From: Callorhinchus milii | Lineage: Eukaryota | NCBI RefSeq assembly: GCF_018977255.1 | Contig: NW_024704742.1 | Location: 113,028,001 to 113,092,000 of the forward strand | Reading direction: 5' to 3' | DNA length: 64,000 bases | Part shown: one piece after another, positions 37,400-48,609 of the stretch | How the letters are laid out: each line of letters starts with the position of its first letter | Numbering within the stretch: position 1 is the stretch's first letter | Made by a program: the position numbers and the translations under genes | Notes under the pieces: model-generated | What the model saw: only the letters and a program-made list of their open reading frames with translations | What the model was told of the DNA's origin: nothing | The model's database searches: none

Positions 37400-38430
37400 A
37401 TTTCTACACCAAACCTCTAAACCACTCTCCTTATCACTGCCCCCCATCAGCAAACCTAGCTGCATTTCCCTCCAAAATGTCCGCTCCCTCTCCAATAAAG
37501 CCCTTATTATCCATGACCTCATCCTGGATGAGCACATCGCTAGTCTTGACATTCGTGGGTTTATGGAAACTTGGCTCTCTCCCATCCCTCTCGTTGAAGT
37601 CTCCTCTTGTGGATACACTTTTCACCACACCCTCTGCCCCAGCTAACATGCCGGCGGTGTGGCCCTCCTTTCCCAAGCTTCCCTTCCCTTGAGATCTAAA
37701 CTCCTCAACCCCCCTGAGTTCTCCCTCAGACTCACTGAACCAGTGCACAATCTAGGCGTCCAGTTTGATCCACAGCTATTCTTCCTCCACAATATCTGGT
37801 CCCTGACCAAGACTGCTTTTTTCCACCTCTGCCATATTGCCAGTCTCCAACTGTACATTACCGCAATTGCAGCCAAAATCCTCATGCATGTGTTTGTCAC
37901 CTTCCGCTCGTATTACTGAAACACACTCCTCGCCAGTCTCCCCAGCTCCATTATTCAAAAGATCCAGCTCATTCAGAACACTGCCACCCACATACTTACC
38001 CAGACTAAACACCCACATCTCACCAGTTCTGGCCAGGCTCCACTGGCTCCCCATCACCGAACAGATCAACTTCAAGATCCTCATACTTATGTTCAAACCT
38101 CTTCACTCTCTGGCACCTCCCTACCTCTCCAACCTCCTCACTCCCCAATCCACCACCCGGCGCCTCCACTCTACTGGCACCGGCCTCCTGCTCGTCCCTC
38201 ACACCCTGCTCCCCACCATTGGAGGTCGAGCTTTCAGCCACTACGCCACAAATCTGGAACACTCTCCCTCATTCCCTCTGCCTTGTCTCCTCTTTTTCCA
38301 GTCCACCTGAAAACCTTCCTCTTCAACTGTGCTTATGGCCACCTCCGCCCTACCTCGGAGTCAAGTTCTGTCCTGTTAAGCACTCTGAGATGCTACACTT
38401 TGTGGAGGGTGCTATAAAAGTACAAGTTGT
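37400..38430 (+). mobile_element. L2 LINE with a large internal deletion (EN N-terminus fused to ORF2 C-terminus)
   Basis: LQNVRSLSNK...FMETWLS...GGVALL is joined directly to LRLTEPVHNLGVQFDPQL; the RT core is absent. Confidence 0.88.
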
Positions 38431-38719
38431 TTTGTTTATAGGTTCAAAAATGTTTTTGAGGGCTTAATCCCTATGTTTATTTGAATGAAGGGTTTTCCAG
38501 TGATGAAAATGGCCGATTTAGATAATAATTAGTGGAATGGAACTTTAGACTCATTACTAATGAGTATCTATCATGAATACAGCCTTCAATCGTAAGCAGA
38601 AATTGTACAGTGATGGTGTATAAACCATACATTTTGTAAGACACCCAAGCAAGGTGGGTGGAAAGCTGTTATCCTAAAGAACTGCTTATAAACAAAACAA
38701 GATCAGTGAAAACAAATTG

Positions 38720-39275
38720 GGGCAGCTGGAACTCTGACACATATGGAAACCCATCACTTTATGAGTATCGAAACCAAACTAAGATTTCCATGCATCCCTC
38801 CTATACGTGGAAATTCCAGCGATGTTTATTGGAATGGAATGCGCACTGTCTTCCTTGGAGGGATGCATCCTGCTTACCTAATTCTGGAAATTATTAGGCA
38901 CAGGATGTCAATAGCCAAGCCTTGGGGAACCCACAAAGTGTTGGCATACTACTGGAGCTTAACCAGCTAAAACCACATAGCTTGCCATTGAAATCACTGT
39001 CTAGCAAGCTTTCCTGCTGCTCATCTAGCTAGAATCACCCTACCTGTTAGGGCTTTGGTTTGCAGGATTAACAGGTGCCAAGTGGGAAGAGCCCCTGCCC
39101 CAGTGACAGGTGTGCTGGCTGGGCTGACATCAGCAGTGCCCTGCGGATGGCTCAAGAACTGGACTGCCAAGACCACCACAGAGGGTTGGCTGGATTCCAT
39201 TGCCAAACATATCACCTTCGTTTAACTCGAAGGAGACTGCTTACTTCACCCTCACCCCTCCCAAAGAGGATAGAA
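38720..39275 (+). repeat. Unclassified ~550-bp dispersed repeat (most complete copy)
   Basis: Colinear with the reverse complement of 7445-7960 and with 47485-48225. Confidence 0.8.
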
Positions 39276-41875
39276 GTCCAATGATAACAACCTCCTAACT
39301 AGGCATTCATTAAGCCTTATATACTGTTTAGCTAGAATTAATGAATACTGGTTGTGGCACTACATCTGTTACTGTTTGTGTTCATCTACAAATACACAGT
39401 TACCATGCTTCCCAATAAATTCTCTGTGAAGCTGTTTGAGACATTTCAATGCGCATTAAGGCTCTATATTAAATTCAAGGATTATTATTTTTATTATTAA
39501 TTGCTCTCTCGAAAACAAATTTGAGCAGAGAATATTACATTTAATAAATCTTTACAGTGTTTTTGCAGAAGGTTGCATAACAAATTAATTTCTACTACAC
39601 TTAATTCCTTTCATGCAATTTTGTATTTCATAATGATCATGGGCAATTTCACATTGACAATAGTTCAGGCTGATCAAAATTCACCACCATGTTAGACTCC
39701 AATCTGTTAATATACAAAATATATCGTTAGAACTCACTGCAACCCAAAATGATGGAATTCTCTACCTCAATCCCTCCGTCTTGCCTCCTCCTTGCCCATC
39801 TTTAGATCTCACTTGAAGACCTTTCTCTTCGACCGTGTTTATGGTCTCCTTCATCTTCTCCTCGGCATTAAGCTCCACCACTATTAAGTGCTCTAAACCA
39901 CTACACGCATGCAAGGCGTTATATAAATGCAAGTTGTGTTATTTTTATAGAAAAGGCCATTTGGTCTATTGATCCTGATTTTTCTAATAGACTCTACCCC
40001 AACTCTTCAATCTCCTGGGTATCATTTTTTACATAGATACTGTTTGATCCCCAAAGGTAATTAATGAAGAGGCAATTTGGTCCATCATATTTGTACTGAT
40101 GTACAACTCCTCTCCCCACCACTGAAGCTTTCTGCCTTAATCCCATTCCCCAGTTCTAACTCTATTCCCTTTCAAATGAACTTTCCTAAAGTATTTATCC
40201 AATTTACTTTCAAATTCTGTTGTGGACTCACCTTGTGATCCACCTCTGTCAGTGTTTTGTGTAAAGAAAGATCTCCACCATTCAGCTCTGATGTGTTACT
40301 CTCCACAGACTCATCTCCCCTTCTGGGACCCAGAAGCAACCATTGTGTTCAGTAAAGTATTTCTTCATCTAAGTCTATGGCTATCCCTATACCCTCCAAT
40401 ACAGTTTCCAAACAGATTCTTAACAAGGTTTTTTTTTTAAGTATTTTATTAATTGACACACCATCAATCATAGTCAAAGTCTACCAAGGCCAATGTAAAT
40501 GGCTGTGCTGGACTCATTTGGCAAAGATTGCTTTTATATCAACTATCACAGTCAATTCAATATCATTCACGGTCACTCTTTTAACTTTCCCACTGCTTTA
40601 TGCTGATTAAATTGCTCCTCTGAAGTTTTCTTTACAGCTCGGGTCACAGAGATCCCACAGAGAAGGGCTAAAGAGTAATTCCATGGTTTAGCTGATCTGG
40701 GTTTAATGTTGGTTGGTGCCTGTCAATTGCCTCACAGATATTTATTTATGTTTCAGTTCATTCTCAGTAAATCGTAATTTAAACCATGTAATTCAGTAGT
40801 TTATTTTTCTGAGTTTGTTATTTTATGCAATAATATTATGTCACCTATAAATCCCTTCCAGCCAAAGGACCTCTCTGTTTCTGTGATCTTCTCTTACCCC
40901 AGTCTTCTGTTCACTACCTTCCCTCACCTAACTCCGGGCCTGCTGCCTTCAGCAACTATGCCTCGAATTAATGAAACTCCCGCCCTCTACTTCTCCACCT
41001 CGCCCCCCCTATAAGTAATAATAAGTGCTCCGAAGATGCTACCCCGCGTGAAGGGTTCCATATAAATGTAAATTGTTGTTGTAGTAATAATAATCCTTGC
41101 ATTTGATATGGCACCTTATCACAGCGTTGAGAAGTCTCAAAGCGCTTCACATGATATATAAATAGATTGATTGTGTATTCTGTGGATGAAATATAAGTCT
41201 TCATATGCCACATAAATCCTAAATCTGATGCATCCTAGAAGGACTGAAGTTTTTCTATATAGATTAGAAGTTGCTTTAATATAAAACAAATTAAAAATCC
41301 AGCTTGTGTGTGCATGATTATGAAATATATTTGGACCATCTTTCAATTTCATCTGACTCTATGTATGCTGATGATATTTCTTAGCAGGTTCTGAATAAGC
41401 AACATATAATTATCAAACTTTAAAAATATCAAATGTAATGAAAATGTACATACATTACTTTAGAAATTCAATAGTTTCACATTTTTTATTTAGGTTTATT
41501 TTAAGAAATAACACAAGGACTGAATGGGTCTAACGAATTTTTGCCTAGTGGGCCACACATGATTACAGGTAGTTAAAGGAGCGTATTTATTTGTCAAATG
41601 TACAAATGTTCCTGCTATCATTAAAATGTATTTGCTTCCCATCGTTCCTGTTATCATTCCAGTATCATTTCAGCAGTGGATTGAGTCAACCATCATTATC
41701 TTGAAAATGAAGGCTGTGGGTACGTTTTCCACAATATTAGAATATTAACATTTTTGTATTATTAATAAAGTCAAATGCCTGCATTGATTTTTTCCCCCAA
41801 CATTAGGTTTTCTAAATTTTATTTATCAGGGCAAGCAACTAGCCCCATAAAATAAAACAGAGAAACAACCACAAC

Positions 41876-42335
41876 ATCAGCTTGGCTCAGTTGCTTGCAT
41901 TCTCGTTTCTGAGCCTAAAGGATGTAGGTTCTAAGCCCTATGTTGGGACTTGGATCTTACATAATAAGTGAAACTCCAATGTGGTACTATGGCATCACTG
42001 CGTTGTCAGAGGTACCATCCTTTGGATGAGACTTTAAACTGAGGTACTACTTATCTGTTCAAATGGATGTTTAAAAAACAGCGCCTTGGGACTTCTTCCC
42101 GATGTGAAAGGCGCTATAAAAATGTAATCTTGTTGTTGTGTTGTTGTATTGTCCTATGCAAAAAGAGAAGGGAGTTTCTCCTTGTGCCCTCTCCAACAAT
42201 CCCCCAGATAAACTTGGTTATTCACATCATGGTGGTTTGTAGAATATTGGTGTGCACAAATTGGCTGCTGCATTCCTCTACAAGATACAAAATATTTACA
42301 TTTTACAGTAAATCTTGTGAAGGGCTTTCCGACCT
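41876..42335 (+). mobile_element. Deu-domain SINE with an L2 tail inserted at 42079-42146
   Basis: Head tcagcttggctcagttg, Deu core, and tail. Confidence 0.78.
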
Positions 42336-42609
42336 TCTCCTGATCCAATATTTGCTAAAATTTGTTGTACTTTACCTCAGCTCTTCTAAGCACTGGTTAC
42401 GTTTCCAATTTTTGCTGTTATTCAGTCGAAATGCCATTATTCTAACATGTAAATTAAACATCCGCTATGAACTATTATAGAGCAAATTTACTCTCTTTGA
42501 AAATTTTGACTTTTTTGATTTAAAATAGCAAGGAAAGGAAATGTAATATTCCAACTAGCTCTGTGACATATGATTGTTTTAGAGGTTCATTCAGTATCAT
42601 TGTACTGAT

Positions 42610-43772
42610 TAGGTCGTACCTCTCCCACCGTCTTCACTTTGTTTCCACGAATGTTTTTTCCTCCAGCCCCCGCACTGTCTCGTGTGGTGTCCCTCAGGGC
42701 TCTGTCCTCGGTCCCCTCCTCTTCACCCTCTATATGCTCCCCCTTGGTGACATCATCCGCAGACATGGGGTTAACTTCCACATGTATGCGGATGACACCC
42801 AACTCTACCTTTCCTCCTCTACACCCAACTCCACGACCACCGATGCCCTGACAGCTGCCTGTCTGACATCGAGTCCTGGACGAGAGACAACTTTCTTCAG
42901 CTCAACGTGCGTAAAACTGAGGCCCTCCTGATTGACTCGCGTCAGCGCCTCCGCACCTCAGGCGCTGACAGCAATAGCATCCAAGGCTGCACTCTCCACC
43001 TCTCAAAGGCAGTCAGGAACCTCGGGGTTCTGTTCGACCCTGAGCTGTCCTTTCTCCCTCATATCCGCGCCACAACTGGCACCGCCTTCCATCACCTCCG
43101 GAATGTCACCAGACTACAGCACTACCTCACCCCTCACGCTGCTGAAACTCTGGTCCACGCCTTTATCACCTCAAGGCTGGACTATGGGAACTCTCTCCTC
43201 GCCGGCCTTCCCGCCACCTCCCTCCACAAACTGCAGGTCATTCAGAACTCTGCAGCTCGTGTACTGTCCCGCACCACATCACTCCCACCCTCGCTCGCCT
43301 CCACTGGCTCCCCATCCCCCAGAGGATCGAATTCAAGATGCTCATCCTCACCTACAAGGCCATTCACGGCCTTGCTCCCTCCTACCTCTCCGACCTACTA
43401 TCCCCCTACCTACCTGCCCGTGCCTTCCGTTCCTCTGGCTCCGGTCTCCTCCACATCCCCCGTCCCAACCGCCCTACCATCGGTGGCCGGGCCTTCAGCC
43501 TCTCAGCCCCTAGGCTCTGGAATTCTATCCCCCAGTTCCTTCGCCGCCTCCTCCCTTTCCTCCTTCAAGGCCGGTCTCAAGACCTTTCTCTTTGACCGTG
43601 CCTTCAGCTCCCCTCTCGACTCTCTACCCCCTCCTCGCTCCTTCCCTTCCCGCCCCTCACCCTTACCATTTCCCCCCTGCTCGGGTCCTGACCCAACTGT
43701 CCAGCGCCTTGGGACGTCCTCCCGACGTGAAAGGCGCTCTATAAATGGAATCCTGTTGTTGTTGTTGTGTTG
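42610..43772 (+). mobile_element. Young L2 LINE, 5'-truncated (RT motifs to 3' end)
   Basis: [21 protein letters not shown] and LDYGNSLL with few frameshifts; tail cagcgccttgggacgtcctcccgacgtgaaaggcgct...(ttg)n. Confidence 0.95.
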
Positions 43773-44109
43773 TGAAAGCATTATATATGCCTTAATATAT
43801 ACATTTTCATCTTAAATTGAATGATGTTGTCAAAATAGTTAATACTGTTGCACGCTGTGCTGCTAAGACTTTCAATTTATTGCTTACAATTGTGTGGTGA
43901 AGCGATTTGGCTTGATTAGTGAGTGAATTATACAATTAGAAAAAAGGGAACAAAGTTATTCCTATTTTTGAGTTGACAAATCCAGAGTGCTTAATGGGTA
44001 AAGTACAGATTCTGTTTTTAAGTAAAAGTATATTGATTTTGGCTGTGCAGACAGGGAAATAAATAATTGTGCGTCACATTAAACAACCCACTTATCAACC
44101 ATTAGGATA

Positions 44110-44790
44110 CATTTGGTGTTCGTCTCAGGGATGGAAGGTTGTCAGTTCATGCTTCACATCAGCACATGAGCTCACAGTCTCGGCTGACTGAAAGAATATT
44201 GGAGGTGCTGTTTATTGGATGGGAACTTAAAACCTTAAATAGAAGTCTTCTTAAATTAAATTATGTCATTCAGGTATACTTTAAGGATTACATGATGTTT
44301 TTCAAGGCAAAAGCAGAATTTCTCTGTGTCCTGTCCAACAATCTTCATGATAAAAACAAATCACAAAATATTGCAGATGCTGGAAATCTGAAAACAAAAA
44401 TAGAAGTTGCTGGGAACATTCAGCAGGTTAGGCAGAATCTATGGAGAAAAGAAAGTGAGTCAACGTTTCGGGTCCATGACCCTGAAACTCAGCTGAAGAA
44501 CTCAGACAAAAGGTCATGGACCCAAAACGTTGACTCACTTTCCTTTCCCCATAGATCCTGCCTGACCTGCTGAGTGTTACCAGCGACTTCTGTTTTTGTT
44601 TTCACTCTTCATGATAAATTGATCATTCACCTCATGGATGTTTGTGGGAGGTCTGACATGGATGTTTGTGAGAGGTTTCACATGCAAAAGGTTGCCACAT
44701 ATACCTACAAAAATAGTCAATAATAACTTGTGAAGGGCTCTGAGGCACTTTGGCATGTCAAGGGGCTCCAAAAATGCAAGTTATTTCTTT
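44110..44790 (+). mobile_element. Old Deu-domain SINE hosting the Penelope-derived insertion
   Basis: Degraded head and core at 44110-44350; 3' part resumes at 44606-44790. Confidence 0.6.
44355..44605. mobile_element. Penelope pLTR-derived inverted-repeat unit with a 13-bp TSD
   Basis: Arms at about 44389-44483 and 44510-44604 are reverse complements; TCTTCATGATAAA occurs at 44342-44354 and 44606-44618; homologous to the pLTR at 33166-33275. Confidence 0.85.
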
Positions 44791-44871
44791 AGCGGAAGTA
44801 GAAAAGCAGATTGCAGACAGCAGCATGTGGAATCCAAAGAAATGTTTATTTTAAGCTGTGATAGAAAATGC

Positions 44872-44975
44872 AAAAACAAAAACCGAGAGAGCTGGGAACA
44901 CTATCAGGACAAGCAGCATCTATTGGAGAAAGGAAAGTGAGTCAACATTTCGGGTCCACGACCTTCGTCAAAACT
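44872..44975 (-). mobile_element. Solo Penelope pLTR fragment with a hammerhead-like motif
   Basis: Sense strand reads ttgacga-aggtcgtggaccc-gaaatgttgactc. Confidence 0.75.
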
Positions 44976-45833
44976 GTGTTAAAGTCCAGATACATTAAAT
45001 GGATAAAATACAAAGCAGCACTTTCCTGTGTGACCAGGTTGTCCTGAATGCTATTATTATATGTTGCTGTATTAATTTGCCCGTGCAGGCTGGTATCAGC
45101 AAATTCATCATATTACGAGTGTTCTCCTCCAAGTTATTTATAAACAATATGATCAGCAGGGGAGCAGAGACAACCCCCCATGGAGCTCTAGTGCAGTAGT
45201 TATCAGAATAAGAAAAGGCTGTTCAAATCCTGCACAGGTTTTACTGGGAGAAACTATCTCAAACTCATTTATTTTCCGAGTGAAACAAGTAACACGGACA
45301 CAGCCTCAGGGAGAAAAAACTGTGAAATTATATTCTTGACCTCAAGAGCAATCAACATGCTTCAAACCATGAATCTAACACCATTCATTTTGGCTGCTCG
45401 TGGAGGGTCTTTCAAGCTGTCTTGTTTCTCCAGACAATCATCAATGTTTCCCTGAAATACAGCTGAAGTACGAAAAAATCTGCTTGCATCACATTATCCC
45501 TGTTTTGCAATGCCACAGATCTGTGATATGTTCCCACCAAATTTTCTCAGCACTCCTCATAACTTCACAACACGAGAGGTTAATTCAACATCCTTCTTTC
45601 CCATGCACTTAGTGCTATGTAGAATACAGCCCTTTGTAATGTTTTATAAACATTGTGAAAGGCAGGGAAGTTAAGACCAATGTTTGGCTTGTTCCCCTAC
45701 TGGAGATATCAGATTTCTCTGCTCTTTACACACATTTTTCTTTATTCATTTTTTCTCTCTCAAGTATTCATCCAATTCCTTTTACAATGATGCTATGGGC
45801 TCATCGTCAACAGATATTCGTGGTAAAGCAAGT

Positions 45834-46065
45834 CAACAACAACAACAACAATTTGCATTTATATCATGCCCTTCACGCAGGGTACTGTCTCAGACAGTGA
45901 CGAAGCATACCGCCAAGCTGGGGAGTTGACTGTACGCATGGTCAAATAGGAAGGTCTTCAGGCATGACCTGAAGATCGGGAAGGAAGGGGCAAGGCAGAG
46001 GGATAGAGGAAGAGTGTTCCAGAGATTCGGGGCACATTGATTGAAATAGTAGCCACCAATTGTGG
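45834..46065 (-). mobile_element. L2 3' end fragment
   Basis: (TTG)n tail and FRSCLKTFLFD-type C-terminus. Confidence 0.8.
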
Positions 46066-46699
46066 AATGAAAGTCTACTTTATAACAACCATCTGGGTTA
46101 AATTAAATTCTCTAATCCTCTTCCTTTTCTTGTGGTGATAATCTTTCACAATAGCTTCCCAATTATAACTATAATTTTTCATAAACCTCCTATCTTCATA
46201 TCTAAATTATAACTTTCACTTTAATTAAAGTATTGTCCTAAACTTTTTTTCTTCAGTGTTTCAGTTCTTATCTTAAGAATAGAATTATTAAACAATAAAC
46301 AGCATGGATGTGATGAATTGTCTCACTAACAATTGCTTCACATCAACTTGATCCTGATAGATAAATAATAATGTATCTTGCATCTGATAGAGCACTTCAT
46401 CAAGTTATTGAAATCCTCAGAATGTTGTGCAGTGGTTTAGAGAGAGGAGATCCTTTGAATATTTAAGAGTTGATATTAATTCAGTGATGCTAAAAGGGAT
46501 CTAAACTGATTTACGTAATATTCCCGGCTCAGATTTAATCATGAATTAATCATTGTAATGATTTGCACAAACAGACCCTCTAGTTAATTTGGCTGTGATC
46601 AGTTTTAGACAAGCTCCTTTAAGAGGTCTTTGTACCTTGTTGGCTTACAAGACCGACAAGATACAATAGATGTTTTAACCCAAAGATAATTTAGTTATG

Positions 46700-47020
46700 A
46701 CTAACAATAATCCTTGCATTTGATATAGTATCTTATCATGTCATTGTGACAACTCAAAACATTTCACAGGATTTTTACTGTTAAGTGCAGTCACTACCTA
46801 GTTTGTTCGTGAATGCGGCAGCCAATTTGTTCACAACACAAACAACCATGAAGTGAAAAACAAATTTAGGGATATTGTTAGCAAGGACACCAGGAAAACT
46901 CTTCTCTTTTTCAATAGTGCCATGGGATCTTTAATGTTCACTCAGAACAGGCAGATGGAAACTCAGTCTAATGTTTCATCTAAAAGTCAACCTCGCTGAC
47001 AATATAACATTCCCCAGCTC
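46700..47020 (-). mobile_element. Deu-domain SINE
   Basis: Reverse complement of the Deu core and tail. Confidence 0.75.
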
Positions 47021-47484
47021 TGTTAACCACTGAGTTATTTAGGGAAGTCTTGTCAGCAATTATTGGCGCATCACAGTCAATTCCTGGGAAGCTCATAATC
47101 TACTTCTCGTGCTGAGGAACTCTCTCAGTTTTTTGCTTTGGTCAATATTCCTCCCTTAGACAAAAACAAATTGGTTACAGTATTCATCTCATTGATGTTT
47201 GTCAGGCACACACATCAGCATCACTCTTGATAATTGACATCGCTGTCTTCTAAAAAGTGTAAACACATTCGAAATTCGAAAGCTTGCAAATATTTTCCTA
47301 TGCAAATTATCTATCTTGGTCTACATAATAATTGCTTTTACACTTCCCATCTTCTGAAATGCTTTGAGAGGTTATTTTCTGAGAATATAAGTTTCATCAA
47401 ATACAAGTAGTAGGATTATAGTAGTTCTAAATTCTTCTCATGTATTTTTACATATATCTGTACATCAGACCAGGGTAATGTTTT

Positions 47485-48225
47485 TATTTGGTCAGCTGGG
47501 TGTCTGATAAGTGCGAAAACCCATCATCATGCTTAAGAGTATCCAAACTAAACTGAGAGTTCCATGCATCTCACCTACACATCCCTCCCTCCCTCAAACC
47601 CTTCGTCTTGTCCCCTTTTTCCCCATTTTCAGGTTGTGTCTGAAGACCTTCCTCTTTGACTGGGCCATGGTCACCTTCCCCTCTCCCTGGCTCGGCATTG
47701 GGCTCGATCATTGTTAAGTGCTCTCGGACACTGCCCGGCATGGAGGGCACTATATAAATGTGAGTTGTTGTTGTTGTTGTTGTACACATGCAAATTCCTG
47801 TGCATTGGAATGGAATGCACATTCTCTTCATGTGGAAGGATGGATCCTGCTTATTCAATTCTGGAGAGTATTATGCCAAGAGCCAAGGTTTGTGAACCCA
47901 AGATTATGTATTGATTTTAGGTACAGCTTAATTTTAGCCATATAAAACCACATAGTTTAGGCCTTTGGCTTGCCGGCTACCAGGAACTGAATGGGAAGAA
48001 TCACTGCCCCAGTTACTGGTCTATCTCTCCAGGTTCTGCCAATCAGCCAAGTCTGGCTGATCTGTCAGCAGCAGTTCCCTGGAGTACTGAGAACTCACCT
48101 GTCTCAGGAATTGTATGAGTGAAGCCGCCACAGAGGGTTGACTCAATTACGACATTCTTTTGTCAAGCACGTCATCTTGGAGCCAGTTTCGCTCCAAGGA
48201 AACCCTGCTCACCTCCCCTTGAGGG
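47485..48225 (+). repeat. Unclassified dispersed repeat with an L2 3' end inserted at 47583-47782
   Basis: tttggtcagctgggtgtc...gagttccatgcat start; the repeat resumes after the (ttg)n tail. Confidence 0.78.
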
Positions 48226-48609
48226 AAATATATTGACTGTGAGAACAGTAAACTTGTCAGCAGTGAAAGGTAAGGGGAAGATGAATTGTTCATGATGCCA
48301 AAATGCACTATAAGCAAAAATCAACGTTTCTCCTCACAAAAATCCCACAAATACCAGTGTTTTACGAGTGATACTTGACATCACTGTCTTTTGGAAAGTG
48401 TAAGAGCATTGAAAATTTGAAAGCTTGCAAATGTTGTCCTTAAGTTAATGTAGGTAACAATAATTTTCTTGAGACTCAAACAGATTGTAAAACACATTAG
48501 AATAAAACAGGTTGGTTGGCCAAAAATAATGAATCTTTTGTTATGTGCTTAAAATGAGAAATCCTGCTATAGGCCTATATTAAAAGGTTTCTACACAAAC
48601 AAAGCTGAC

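Noticed and set aside
37400..38430. Internally deleted L2s as one non-autonomous family
   Set aside because: Deletion breakpoints differ among 1-1330, 19345-20856, 37400-38430 and 48610-50885, so they look like independent deletions.
42563..43815. Long ORFs (302 aa here; also 345 aa at 51571, 261 aa at 13806, 235 aa at 19726) as host genes or active RTs
   Set aside because: They are frameshifted, 5'-truncated L2 ORF2 fragments or chimeras with inserted tails; none has a complete EN-RT frame.
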